Shown one piece after another: positions 23,780 through 35,262 of a DNA stretch of 64,000 nt (position 1 is the stretch's first letter; each line of letters opens with the position of its first letter). Source of the DNA: Moniliella sp. 'wahieum' (Eukaryota); assembly GCA_003971905.1 (NCBI GenBank), contig RSEE01000018.1, positions 372,001 through 436,000 of the forward strand, read 5' to 3'. The position numbers were made by a program, and so were the translations under genes. Under the pieces are notes generated by a model. It was given only the letters and a program-made list of their open reading frames with translations, made no database searches and was not told where the DNA came from.

Positions 23780-26700
23780 TAAGCTTGATCCCGCGGGCTG
23801 GCATCATGCGTCCCGGCCGTGTTGCTCCATTTCCGTCGGAGCGGCATTTCGAATCTCCCAACGGCCGACGTCTGTCCCACAGCCACCGCTTCTGAACCCG
23901 CTCCGCACCGCTCTGCCGCGGGGGAACGGAGCGGATGGGTACAGTTGGGTAGGATATTGTCTGTGTGGGAGCTGGGGGGCGGGGCATGGGGGGCTGTATA
24001 TACGAGATTCAACAGGCAAGGCCAGAAGCCGACTACGCAAGCTCCTGAGCAACAGGACACAAAATGATTTGGAAGCTGTTGGGGTACACATGAACAGGAA
24101 TGAGCACAGAGAAGGTATATGGGTGTGCCCGCCAGCGCCACAACCAGGTCTCCAGGGACAGAGGGGATGGGCGAGACACGTTGGCCCACCATGGCTCGCG
24201 CGGCAGAGGGCAGGGTCAGCGAGGAGGGCGGCTGGGCCAGTCGGCGATGACACGCATCGACGGCACGCACAGTGCGCTGGGTGGGCAGATGCGTACTGCC
24301 GCGAAGCTGGGCCAGACGACGCAGTCGCGCGGTGGCGCTGGCGCGGATCTGGTCCCAGTCCACCGCGGCTTCCGGGCGCAGGGGGGCTGCGGGCCCATCC
24401 TGAGGTTCCGTCCCAGCGCGAGTGGGAGCCCGAGCAGGAACCTGGGCAGGAGATTGGGCTGTGGGCCCATCCGGAGGTTCCGGCCCAGTGCGGGTGGGGG
24501 CCCGAGCAAGAACCTGGACAGGAGATTGAGCAGGAGACTTGACAGAAGGTTGAGCAGAAGGCTGGGCAGAAGGCTGGGCAGAAGGCTGGGCAGAAGGCTG
24601 GGCAGAAGGCTGGGCAGAAGGCTGGGCAGAAGGCTGGGCAGGAGGGGAGACAGCAGGAGACTGAACAGGAGGCGGGGCAGCAGGAAACTGAACAGGAGGC
24701 GGGGCAGAAGCCTGAACAGGAGGCGGGGCAGAAGCCTGAACAGGAGGGTGGAGAGCAGAGGGATCTGGCTTGGCTAGCGACAGCGGGGCAGGGCCACTCG
24801 TCTCGCCGCCCATCTCGCCACCCGCCCCGCCGCGAGTCTCGTTGCGAGTCGCAACGTGATCCAGGGTGGGAGATAGAACGATCGGTGCGGAACCGGCAGC
24901 GGATCGACGCCCGCTGGGTCAGGTAAGGCAGGTCGGCCTGGCGGAGCTCTGGACGGAGCTCTGGACGAAGCTTTGGACGAAGCTTTGGACGAAGCTTTGG
25001 ACGAAGCTCTGGACGACGCTCTGGGCGGAGCTTGCCTTGGAGCTTGCGTTGGAGCTTGCCCTGGAGCTTGCCTTGGAGCTTGCCCTGGAGCTTTCCTTGG
25101 AACTTTCCTTGGAGCTTTCCGGGGAGCTTGTCGAGGTGCGGTGGCGCAGGGGCAGCCGGGGCGGTGGGAGCTTGGTGCTGGAACAGGGGGCGAGCATGGG
25201 GCCCCGTGTGGGTCGAGGGGACAAAGAGCAGTCGGCGCGGGGGGCGGTGGGAGTGGGCGGTCCCGCGAGCGGTGCCGCGAGCGGTACTGCGAGGGGCAGC
25301 CCGAGCTGGAGCGGCACGACTGGATCCGGCAGCTGGGATGCGGGGGAGAGGTGCAGCGTGAGCGGGTAAGGGGGAGGGAGAAGAGGAGGGCGAGGGGAAG
25401 GGCGAAGTGGGAGGGCGAAGAAGGCGAGCGGGAGGGACGAGGACGTTTGCCCAGGACCGAGGCAGACGGGGCGCCATGCGCTGGCACCGGGGCGGGATGC
25501 TGGACCTGCGGTCGGGGCAAGGCTGCGTGTGGGGGGAGCACGTGCGCCGCCGAGGCAGGAGCAGGGGCGGGGAGCGGGTTCCAGATCGTGGGGAGGGAGG
25601 AGAGTGAGCTGGAGAAGGTTGTCGGTGCGCTCGACGCGGGTGCGTCGTCTGCGCCTGGGGCAGAGGTCTCTTGCGAAGGGGCGGCATGCGCGCCAGGCGC
25701 GTCGCGAGGCGGAACGAGGCTCGGATGAGACGCCGCGGCCGGGCTGGAGGAGGAGCGGGACCCTTGGGTGCTCCGCTCAGCCTCGGCCTGGGTAGCTTCG
25801 GCGGCGGGCGGAGGCGTGTCGAACTCAAATGACGATCCTTGTACCGAGACTGGGGACGGGAGGGAGGAAAATACCTGCGACAGCGGTTGGGAAGGGAGCG
25901 GTCCAAAGGGTGGGTACTCGATGCTGGGCTGAAAGTCGCTTGGCGCGCAAGCCGTTCGCGGGCGGGGGCGGGGCAGGGCAGGGCGGGGCGGGGAGCGGGT
26001 TGGAGATTGAGGAGGGGGGCGCCGATGAGAATGAGAATGGGGGAGGGCATCCGCATGCTGATTGGCTTGACGTAGTGTGGCAGGGGGAACAGCGCGCTGA
26101 TACGTCGGTCGGCAGATGCCGTCGCTGGGCCCGGGAAGATCGAGAAGTTGAGGCGGTGGCGGGTGCTTGGACAGAGGAGCCGGGCGCAGGGAGGTGGACC
26201 GACGGGTCCGAGAGGGAGGGCATGGTGACGGAAAGCGAAGACGGCTCGGGGAGATGCAAAGAAGAGTCGGTGCTGTCGAGAGCGGGGAGCGCGCTTGGGC
26301 CGAAAGAACGGGACCTTGCGAGGCGCTGGGACGGGGCATAGCTTGCCCCGGCGGAGGCATGGACAAGCTTTCATCCAACCGGAGCGAGCGGCTGGCTTGG
26401 GGCGCAGCAGGTGCAGAGGCCGACGGCACAATGCTGGGCTGGGAGACCAGTGCCGATCCTGAGGAGGACAGGGAGGAGCGTCGCAGCTGGGACACCAACG
26501 ACGGTGGAGAGAGAGGATGCTAGGCGGAGGCGGGGCGGCGGACACGGGTTTTTCCTGGCTCGGCTCGGCGCTGGACAAGGAGGATTCGGATGCCAAAACG
26601 TCATCTCCATGGCAGCGGCCAGAGGAGACAAAGGAAGGGTTGGAGGAAGCCGGGTGAGCCGACGCAGCGCCAGCGGGAATGGGTGTGGGAGCCAGAGCGC

Positions 26701-27921
26701 CACCGTCAGGAGCAAGGGCATGATGGCAGACCAGAATCCGGATGAGCGGTAGCAGCATTGGCAGCGGCAGCGGCAGCAGCCGGAAGTGCCTCTTTGGCCA
26801 GGCTTGCACGCTCCGCGCTAGATGCTTCGCCTCTTCTACCTCCGGCCCTGACGAAGCAACGGGGAACGCAAGCGGGTTGAAGAAGAGCGGTGCTGGGTTC
26901 TCAGGCAAGGGGTTCAGGCTGCGTTGCTCGGCGGCCGGGTTGGACCCAGGGGCGCGGGACTGGGTAACGAAGGAAGAGGAGCGACGTCCCTTTTTGCGTT
27001 TGCCACGGTGAGGACGACGGCGTTTGGACGAGGGAGGGGCGTCGCTCTGGCTCGCAAGCGACGCGTGAAGGAGAGAAAGCAGGCCGGGCGCTCCACTGGA
27101 CGTGGCGGTGGAGGGAGCAAACGAGATGGTGGACACGGTGGTAGCCTGCTGCTGGGCAGCCAGGAGGCGACGCTGATGAGAGCGAAAAAGGCGGTAAGAC
27201 GTTCACGCACCAACCGATTCGCTTCCTGCCTTCGCCCATGGACCAAAGCCACTTGGAGCCAGTCCAAAACGCTTCTTCCCCGCGCCGCCTAGGTAGCGGA
27301 ACTTGTCGCAGTGCACGACGAGCGTGGCCGTCGGCGTGGTGGGTGCATGGTCGGGCTCGGCCATCAGCAGATGAGCAGGGGGGGGAAAACCCTGCTTGCC
27401 TGTAGGAACCGCTGTGCCTCGATCGGCGGTTGGCCCAGCTCGACCCTCACACTGGACAAAACTAGGATCGCACCTCGCAGAGACGAGACGGTACGGACGG
27501 GGTGCCGAGCGTACGCCGATGGCTTGCAGGCGCAGGGTTCAGTCAGGGGGTGGGGACAAGGAGAGGGGAGAGGGGAGACGGGGCCTGGCAAGGGCAAGCA
27601 AGGGGACGTACCGAGGAATTCGGCCACAGCCGTGGCGGTCAAGTGGACCACCACCATGGCTTCGGGGTCGGACGCGACCAACCAGAAGGGCTCCTCCTGT
27701 CGGGAAGGCCCATGGCAAAACGTGAGAAAGCGGAAGACTGGACCAATACCGCCCCGATCGAGGCGAGCGCGTCGGGGCCCTCGCGTGGACGCTTGGTCAG
27801 GCCGGCAGAGCAGGGGGGTGGCTTGGCTAGTTCCGGGCCGTTGTCGGATGCCGGCGACCGCCAGCTCGTAGCCGCGGGGGAGAAGGCGCTCGCGCAGCCA
27901 CGGACGCAGATGGACGCTCAT
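23780..27921 (-). CDS. TPP1/Tpz1/Est3-family telomeric OB-fold protein with a long low-complexity C-terminus
   Basis: N-terminus MSVHLRPWLRE..VFRFLTF..FWLVASDPEAMVVVHLTATAVAEFL..SSLRGAILVL..VVHCDKFRYLGGAGKKRFG follows the TPP1/Est3 OB-fold pattern (LxPWI, hxSD, RGAI, FxxLGxxG). Introns near 27510-27610 and 27320-27395. S/P-rich minus-strand ORFs continue to about 23800-24270; continuity as one gene is inferred. Confidence 0.6.
24387..25130 (-). repeat. Coding tandem-repeat cluster: 72-bp x2, 12-bp (SAQP)n, 24-bp (VQASAPPP)n, 12-bp (ASSK)n, 12-bp (APRQ)n
   Basis: 24387-24530 two 72-bp units; 24531-24640 GCTGGGCAGAAG repeats; 24650-24750 CTGAACAGGAGGCGGGGCAGAAGC units; 24943-25020 GAAGCTTTGGAC; 25027-25130 GGAGCTTGCCTT. 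All unit lengths are multiples of 3. Confidence 0.9.
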
Positions 27922-28870
27922 GAGGAAGACGGGCGCAGGGAGGGTGCGGGTGGGGAGACGACGCAGCGGGCGGGGACGCGTCGAGAAGCGCCAGGCGCGG
28001 GTGGCTGCCCGTCCGATCATCGACACCCGCCTCTCATCGCTCCTCGCCCCTCGCGCATCGATCACGTTGGTCACGTGGCTGGGCCGAGAGCGCGTCGCAA
28101 ATGAAATCTTGCAGCCCGCGCGACCTGGCACTTGGGGCGTCTTACTAATCGCCCGTCCCGCCGCGCCTCTCGTCTCAGATCTCACTGCGTATACGCGACA
28201 CGAAGCAAGCTACAGGAGGCTGGCTAGGCGGTAGCCCAGCGTCGCATCTGCCTCTACACCATCCCGTTCCACCTGAGCGTCGGAAAGCGCGGCCAGAGCC
28301 ACGCAAGAATCGAACATGCCTTCACTGAAGAGAACGACACAAGAAAACAAGCACACCAGGAGCCAAGGGAGGGAAGAAAGAGAGGAGAGAGGGAAGAAAG
28401 GAGGTAACACGCAATGAGAAAAAGGGAAGCACGCCGCGCGGAAGGGGGAGAGAACAGAGGTGGCGACCTGCGCTAGCCGTGGTATGCAGTAGCAGCGATC
28501 TATCCACTGCTGTCGTGAGGTGCGCGCCGTGACAAAAGTCGAAACAAAAAAGAGAGAAGACCAACAAAAAGTAGCTTGAAGGTGAGAGTGAAGAGGAAGA
28601 GGCTTGCAATAGCAAACGACCAACGAGCGACAAAAAACGACGTGGCGTAAAGCAACGAGAAACGCGACACATCACCGCCCAACAGAGTACACAGCGCAGT
28701 GGGGGAGCAAGCTCAGGAAAAAAAAAACAAAAGAACAAGCGACGACCGTGCAGGGGAGGGAAGAAGGACCCAGGTCGAAGGTAGGGGTCGGAGGCTGGGG
28801 GCGCCAGCCGTCCATAGCGCATGGTATGGGAAACACGAGGAAAAAGTGGGGGTGGGGGTGGGGGGATGGA

Positions 28871-30709
28871 TTAAAGGAGACGAGCAAAAAGAGGATGGGA
28901 GAGCGGAAGAGGCCCGTTACCAAGACAAGCCACCCCGGGCGTGTCTGCGCCTGCGGGCAGAGCGGAAGAAAGAGTTGAAGAGGTGTAGGTATCACTTAGC
29001 TTGCCGCACGCGGGAGGGCAGGCTGCTGAGGTAGGCCGAGGTCGACTGGCCGGCGGCAAGGGGGGAATGGCGCCAACAGCAACTTGGTCAAGGAAAGAGT
29101 AGAGGGTTTGGGATGGGTTGGGCAGCGCAAGATGGGCTGGGTCGAGTTGGCCATCTTAAAGTTCCAGAAGAAGGAACCAGCGCTGGCGGCGTAGGCGTTG
29201 ACTTGGGTGGAAAAGTAGTTTTGGTTCCAGGTCAAAGTCGTCAGGCCCGAGATGAGCGAATATTCCGTCTTGGCCATGGGCACGGGGAAGCCGTCGTAAC
29301 TTGTAACCGTGGCGCACACCTCGAGTTGATCAAGGTTTGGTTTGCTGACGCTAGGGAACCAGCCGGGGTAGGGGTTGTCGTGATGACCAGCATCGACGCG
29401 TTCTTGCCCGTCGCAAATGCCTTCCAGTGCTGGGCTGGCTTGGGAGCAAAGCCATGGTGGAAGAAAACATGCTGTATCCGCCTTTTGCAAGGTGGCGTAG
29501 GAGCGCTCATAGAAGGCTTCGGTCACGTTAAGGTTGTTGCCTGGCTGACGTAGTAGACACCGTGGGCTCATTGACGGGCGAGATGGCGCTGAGACCGACT
29601 TGTACGGGTTGTACGAGAGCCAATCCACAAGCGCGCTCAGCGTTTGGTCGGATCGGTCTTGGTTTTCCTGGGTCCACCAGGATGGTGTGGTGGGTGTTTG
29701 GCCAGTCGATTGGTCCCCGGACTGCGATCAAAGATCCAATGGAATCGGGCATTACGCGTCAGAAGACAGTCACAGGCCAGACTATAGACACTGGGAGAGG
29801 AGGGAGGAGAGAAGGAAAGGGTACCAAACCTGAGATCCCGGCATGCCATGCAAGTCGATCAACGCATACATCTGGCGCTTCCATAGCCACCCAAGCACGC
29901 GGTGAGGTGTGGTACAATTGGGTGGAGTTGACGTATGGTTCGTCGTTGGCCAGGGGAATAAAGGGCCAAAAGCCAATGGGGATGCGGACATTGTTAACAC
30001 CGTGGCGGTTAGAGCGTTTCAATGTCGGCCTCTGTAACCCAGCTGTCGTAGCGCTCGGTTAGCACTGGGAGCCTGAGAACCGACGGTTTGGGTGAATGAA
30101 TGCCACTCGTCGTAGTCGTTGGGGGCATGCTGGGTGAACCAGTCCTCGTCCATCCACCGTCCAGGATCAGCCATCCCCCGAGACTGACACCGAGCGCGCT
30201 TTTGCTGTGCTGTCAGCCCAGTCCCAGAAGGGCAGCGGGGGGGGGTGATTTTGGAGGGGTCATTGCCGATGCTGTCGACATTAACTGCCCGTGGGGGCTG
30301 GCCATCGCCGCTGGAAGAGGTGCTGCCGGTATGGACGGAGGAAAGATTGGAAGCAGACTGTCCGAATGGTGGGCATGCAGACCGACACCCAGACCGGCGC
30401 CCAGGCCGACGCCAAGGGCGACAAGCACGGCTGCCGCGACAAGGGCAATGAGCTTCTTGTGGGAGCCAAGCGACGGGGTGCGCTTGGTGGCGCCGGCGCC
30501 TGGGAGGGAGGCGTAGGAGTGTGGTGGGCAGGAGCAGACGCACTGGGCGTCGTGGTAGCCAGCGGGATCGGGGTGGGAGGTGAGGGCCCGCTGGCTGGCG
30601 CCGGGCAGATGGAGGGCCGAGTCGGAGGCGCCAAAACTCCAAGCTGTCGTTGGGGTGGCCCAGGTCGGGCTGGCGAGACCGGGGCAGGGAGAGACTGGGT
30701 GGAGGCCAT
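28871..30709 (-). CDS. Glycoside hydrolase family 5 (exo-beta-1,3-glucanase-like) with an N-terminal membrane anchor
   Basis: KKLIALVAAAVLVALGVGLGAGLGVGLH transmembrane segment; WMDEDWF..YDEW; GVNNVRIPIGFW; YALIDLHGMPGSQ; acid/base SPVNEP; probable nucleophile TEYSL; SFFWNFKM. Confidence 0.88.
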
Positions 30710-33530
30710 GGGGTTGGGCAAAATGAGTGTGGTGGCGCCGGGAAGAAGGGGGCGGCAGGAAGTGGGGGGGAGGGGGGATGGTGGGGACGATGGGGACGGT
30801 GGGCTAGAGAGGCTACGTGGGATGCGGATGAGCAGGCGGCGAGGGCAGGCAAGCGGGGTGGGGGAGGCAATATGCTTGGAAGCGGCCAGCAGGACGCGGC
30901 AAGCTAGGGTAGCACCCAGGCTGCGCGCAGCCAGGCAGCGCACTGCGCCACTGCCTGGCGCTGCCGCCTGGGGGTTGGATGCGCCCCAGTGCGCAGGCCA
31001 GGCGCGCGTGGCGGGCCAGGGTGCTTCGGAGTCGGCCGTCCATATAACGTTGCACGGAGGCGTGCTGTGGCCGGGCGCTCGGCTGAGCACGCCAGGGTCT
31101 GGGTGCTACGTACGAGCTGCTTATTATGCGTCGTTTGAAGTAGACGCTTCTGTCGCCCACCGAAGCACGCCGGCGGCCACACCAGGTACGCAACGGCACA
31201 AAGTATCCATCGTCTCGATCAGCCTCTGCCTCGGCAGCAGCCCAGCCGCTGTTCCTAGCCAGCGCAGCCAGCCAGGCCAGGCCGTCGGTCAGGCTAGCCG
31301 GCCTAGCCCAGCCAGCTCTACATGGCAGGCAGCCGCCTCGCCACAAGAATGTACCCACCGCTGGAAGCGTTGGCCGAGTACGGATCGACAGTCCCCACCT
31401 GTGCCCAGCTACACTCCGTCCAATCCATCCGCACCTGCCCACGACCATGCCCTCTTTCTGACATGCGACCAGACAACGCATGGTGGCTGATGCGGCCGTG
31501 ATCGACGTGATGCATGGGAGGGTCTGGTCTGACTAGCACCATTCGCGCGGGTGGGGTGCCGGAGACAGGGTGACAGGGTGACATGGCATGGGAGGCAGCG
31601 CGTAGGGGCAGTGTGGGTGGGCAGGCGGCGCAGGGGCAGTGGAAGAGCGCCGGCAGGGGTCCACTGGGTCCGCCCACCAGCATGTCATGCATCATCACCA
31701 TGCATCGTGCATCATGCATCGTGCTTGGGATGGCCCCGCAGCGCGGTCTGCATACTGCCCATATGCTTGTTCCATGCAGCGGTGCTCCCTACTTGGCTGC
31801 GATGGCGTTGGGCCCGACAGGCAGTGCGAGTGCCTCGCTTAACTGGGCTTTAATTGGCCACCACAACCGAACACAACCACCGTGCTTGCTTGGGTAAGCA
31901 CGCACGTCTTTGTTGCATCCTTGCACCCTCTGCACCAACTTAACGTGCAATCCAATGCGTATACGCAACAGGGAATAGGATGAGAGAGCCCCATCTTGTG
32001 CGTTTTCGCTCTCTGTTGCTTCCCTGTACTCGTACAGCGGCCGACGTCCCACCCCCATCATCATTATGTGTCCTGTGCGCCATGAGCTGCCCTCCCCTCC
32101 CCCATCTAAGCACCGAGCAAAGGGGAGCACAGCCGGATGCGAGGCCCCAAACCGCAGGGAAGACGAGCGTGCCTATCCTACAGTCTTTCCCCTTTTCCTC
32201 TTTCTCCACGTTGGCAAGAAGAAGAAACAAGCTCGATAGATCCCGGCGTCTCAACTGGCCATGTAAAAGTTGAGCAGCATCAGCGTTCGACGTTCAACTG
32301 CTTCCGCTTATACTTGGACAGGGGCCGTAGTGACAACAAGGGGGATCGAGCTTCCGAAACCGAATCGCCATCATGAACCTTTGCCTTGTTTTCACTGCGG
32401 GTTCAGGCCCCCAGTGAAGAACAAAGGGGTGGATCTATCCTTCGAACCCATTCTACACCCTGTGGTCATCTCGTATCTTTTCTCCGTTGGGGTTCTGTGC
32501 CATGCGGAGACCATCATACTGCCGATTGCTTTCGATCCGGCTTGCCAACCTAATCGATGAGACCCGCGCCAGGCTGTCCTTGGTAGTTAGCACGGCCAAC
32601 CGAGGCATTCGCCCATCCTTCCTTAACTTCAAAACCTTGATGGGTGCGGCCAGGTGTAGTGGTGGGCAAGGCGTATGCACAGCAGTCGAGTGGCACCCGC
32701 ACCATATCCCGAGCGCTGGTGGCCCACAACATAGGAAAACGCTGGCTTTGAGTCAGGCAGAGTATGCCATTCCGTGGCAACTCATCCCATTCCCCAGTGT
32801 CTCCAGCCCAAGACAGACCGTCGGGGCAAGCTCAGCCCAGGCAGCCCAGCCTGGCTGCGCATACGCGAGCACTCTACTTCTGCCCGAACCCCGCGCTCGC
32901 GTGGACCCGCGCCCCACGTGGGCTCGCAAACGGTGGTTAGGCTGGGTTCCAAGCACGCCCATCCGCCGACGCGCGCCACGCTGCCGTCCCACACCACACC
33001 GTGTGCTTCCTCACGGATATCCCACATGCACCGAGGCAAAACCGGGTCAGTGGGACTGCGATGGATGCTGCGGTGCGGCCCAATGCGCCGGCACCTTGGG
33101 CGTGGGGAGCACACAAGATGAAGAAAGTCGAGGGCGATGGCAAGAGGGGTGAGCGCCGCCGTTGGCTGTGGGTCATTCTTGTTGGTGGGGAACTGGTTTC
33201 TCGAATGGTGGAGGGAACGGTGATTCCCACAGGGGGCTCGCTTGCGAAACTACATCGTCTGCTTCCCTGGCCTGGTAGGTTCTGGCGCGGCTATAGCATC
33301 TGCGATTCGGACTAGCTGCGTACCCACCCAGCCTAGATACGGGAGGGAACTGGCGCAGCAGACTAGGAGCCTGGTGTGCCGCGTGCTGCCTACCTCGGGT
33401 TGGTCCCATGGTGTCGTCGGTCGCGCTGGGATGGAGAGGGGTGGGCTTTGTACGCATGGAAGTACGTTGGGGAGGGTAGGGAGGGGTAGGTGTAAGTACG
33501 AGGGGCGGGTGGCTCGGGTCCGGCTCTGCT

Positions 33531-34876
33531 TCACTCCAACTCGGCCGGGTCGACGTGGCCATCGCCGTGATGGTCTCTTTCGGTCGCCAGAGTTGCAGGA
33601 CATTGTCCTCGGCCGTGGTGACGAGGTGCCAAGGGTCGTGCGGGGCCCATGCCAAATCACAAGGGGAGGAAGTATGACCGCCATGTTGGAACACGAGTTC
33701 TGGCGCGCCATCTTCCGCATCGCCCGGGTCCTGTTCTTGTCCGATCCGCGCCAAGTCCCACAGGTTCACGCGCCGATCGGAGCCGGCCGACGCGAGCACG
33801 GTCGCTTCCGTCGGCGAAAACGCCAGACCCAAGACCGAGTCGGTATGGTGTTCCAGCTGGTGAACCGGCTGGCGAGGCAGCGCAGATCCCACACCCGAAT
33901 CAGTCCCTCGGACCCGCCCGTGGCAAGGATCTGAGCGCCGGAAAACGCGTTCCAGCTCAGCGCGTTCACTTCCGCCTCGCCAGCCACGACAGCGTGCACA
34001 GGCCCGGCTTGACGAGCATCCCACACGTGCAGCATCTTGTCGTCGCCGACGCTGGCAAAGCGCTGGGACGAGGTAGGATCAAACGCGCAGTCTTCCACCA
34101 CGCTCGTATGGCCACGGAAGGTGGTGAGCGGGTCGAGGCTCGTGCGGCCTTGGGCCGCAGCAACGTCCCATAAGCATACTGTCCTGTCCTCGCTCGCAGA
34201 CAGCACGAGGCCGTCCTGTTGGCCGGACCAAGCCAGGGCCGTACCCTTCCTCGGTTTGCCACGCAGGATCAGATCCGGCTTGAACGCATCGTCTCGGGTT
34301 CGGCAGGGTGGGCAGAACGGTCAAAGACGTACAGGTCGCCCGTCACACCATGGCTCGCCACCAACGACGGCTGCAACGGGTTGTACCGTGCCCGGTTCAC
34401 ATCGCCCTGGTGCACGATGCGCTGCACCATGGTCACGCGTGCATTCGGGGAGCCAGGCACGTCTGGCCAGCGCGCCAAAAGGGAGACGGGTCAGTAAGGC
34501 GTGCGTTCAGGCGCGGGCGGAGGTGGGTGGGGGGGGGGGGGGGAGACCGTCTACGCACCCTCCTCTGCATCATGCAGGTCGGCCTTGCCACTGGCAACGG
34601 GCAATTGGACGCGCGCCATGGAGGTAATCCGTGTCTTGTTCGGACGTCTGGGTGCCGAGGAGGATGTGGTGGGCGCGAAGCCAGGCCGGTCGGACGGCAG
34701 GCGATCGGGGAGCCACTGGCAAGTGAGCGAGGGCCACTCGAGCGCGTGGGTGACAAGCAGGTCGTAGAGGTAGGGCGAGTGCTTCTTCCACAGCTTGTAT
34801 TCCTCGGCGGTGGTGGCGGGGTCACCTGCCTCGGCGTTGGCGGCAGTGGTCAGTTCTCAACCAGTTGGGCATCCAT
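33531..34876 (-). CDS. WD40 histone-binding protein of the RBBP4/Hat2/Msi1/Mis16 family
   Basis: [120 protein letters not shown]; ends in DPAELE*. Intron about 34463-34558. Confidence 0.93.
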
Positions 34877-35262
34877 GGTGGCGTGCGCGCAAAGCAGGGT
34901 GGTGGCAGTGCTGCGGCCCACACGCCTGCCAACCACAGCAACCAACCGCAGCCCCAAACGCCCCCAGACGCACACGCGTCTGGACTTGTCTGCTGCCGGC
35001 GCGGTTGCGTCGCGGCGCGAAGAGAGCGATGGGCTTACCTCAGCTGCCGATGGAACCAAGCACGTCACGTGCCAGTGCCAGGATGCGCTTCCACAGCAAG
35101 TACTTTGTATGATACACCACCTAAGCTATCTACCACTGACGACAGTCTACTACTTCTACCGCACGCCCCCGCGGCCTCATCCGCCGTCCGCAGCCCCGCT
35201 TCGTCCAGTCCAAGATCCAAATGAAAGTGCACAGCCACCTGCGTGCGGGGTGGCAAGGCGGC

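Noticed and set aside
24531..25130. Regular repeats resembling a CRISPR array
   Set aside because: Units are contiguous with no unique spacers, are in-frame coding, have no cas genes nearby, and the context is eukaryotic.
23804..27136. 1110-aa ORF as a real protein in that single frame
   Set aside because: It is mostly an off-frame reading of a GC-rich repeat region; more plausible S/P-rich frames alternate with it.
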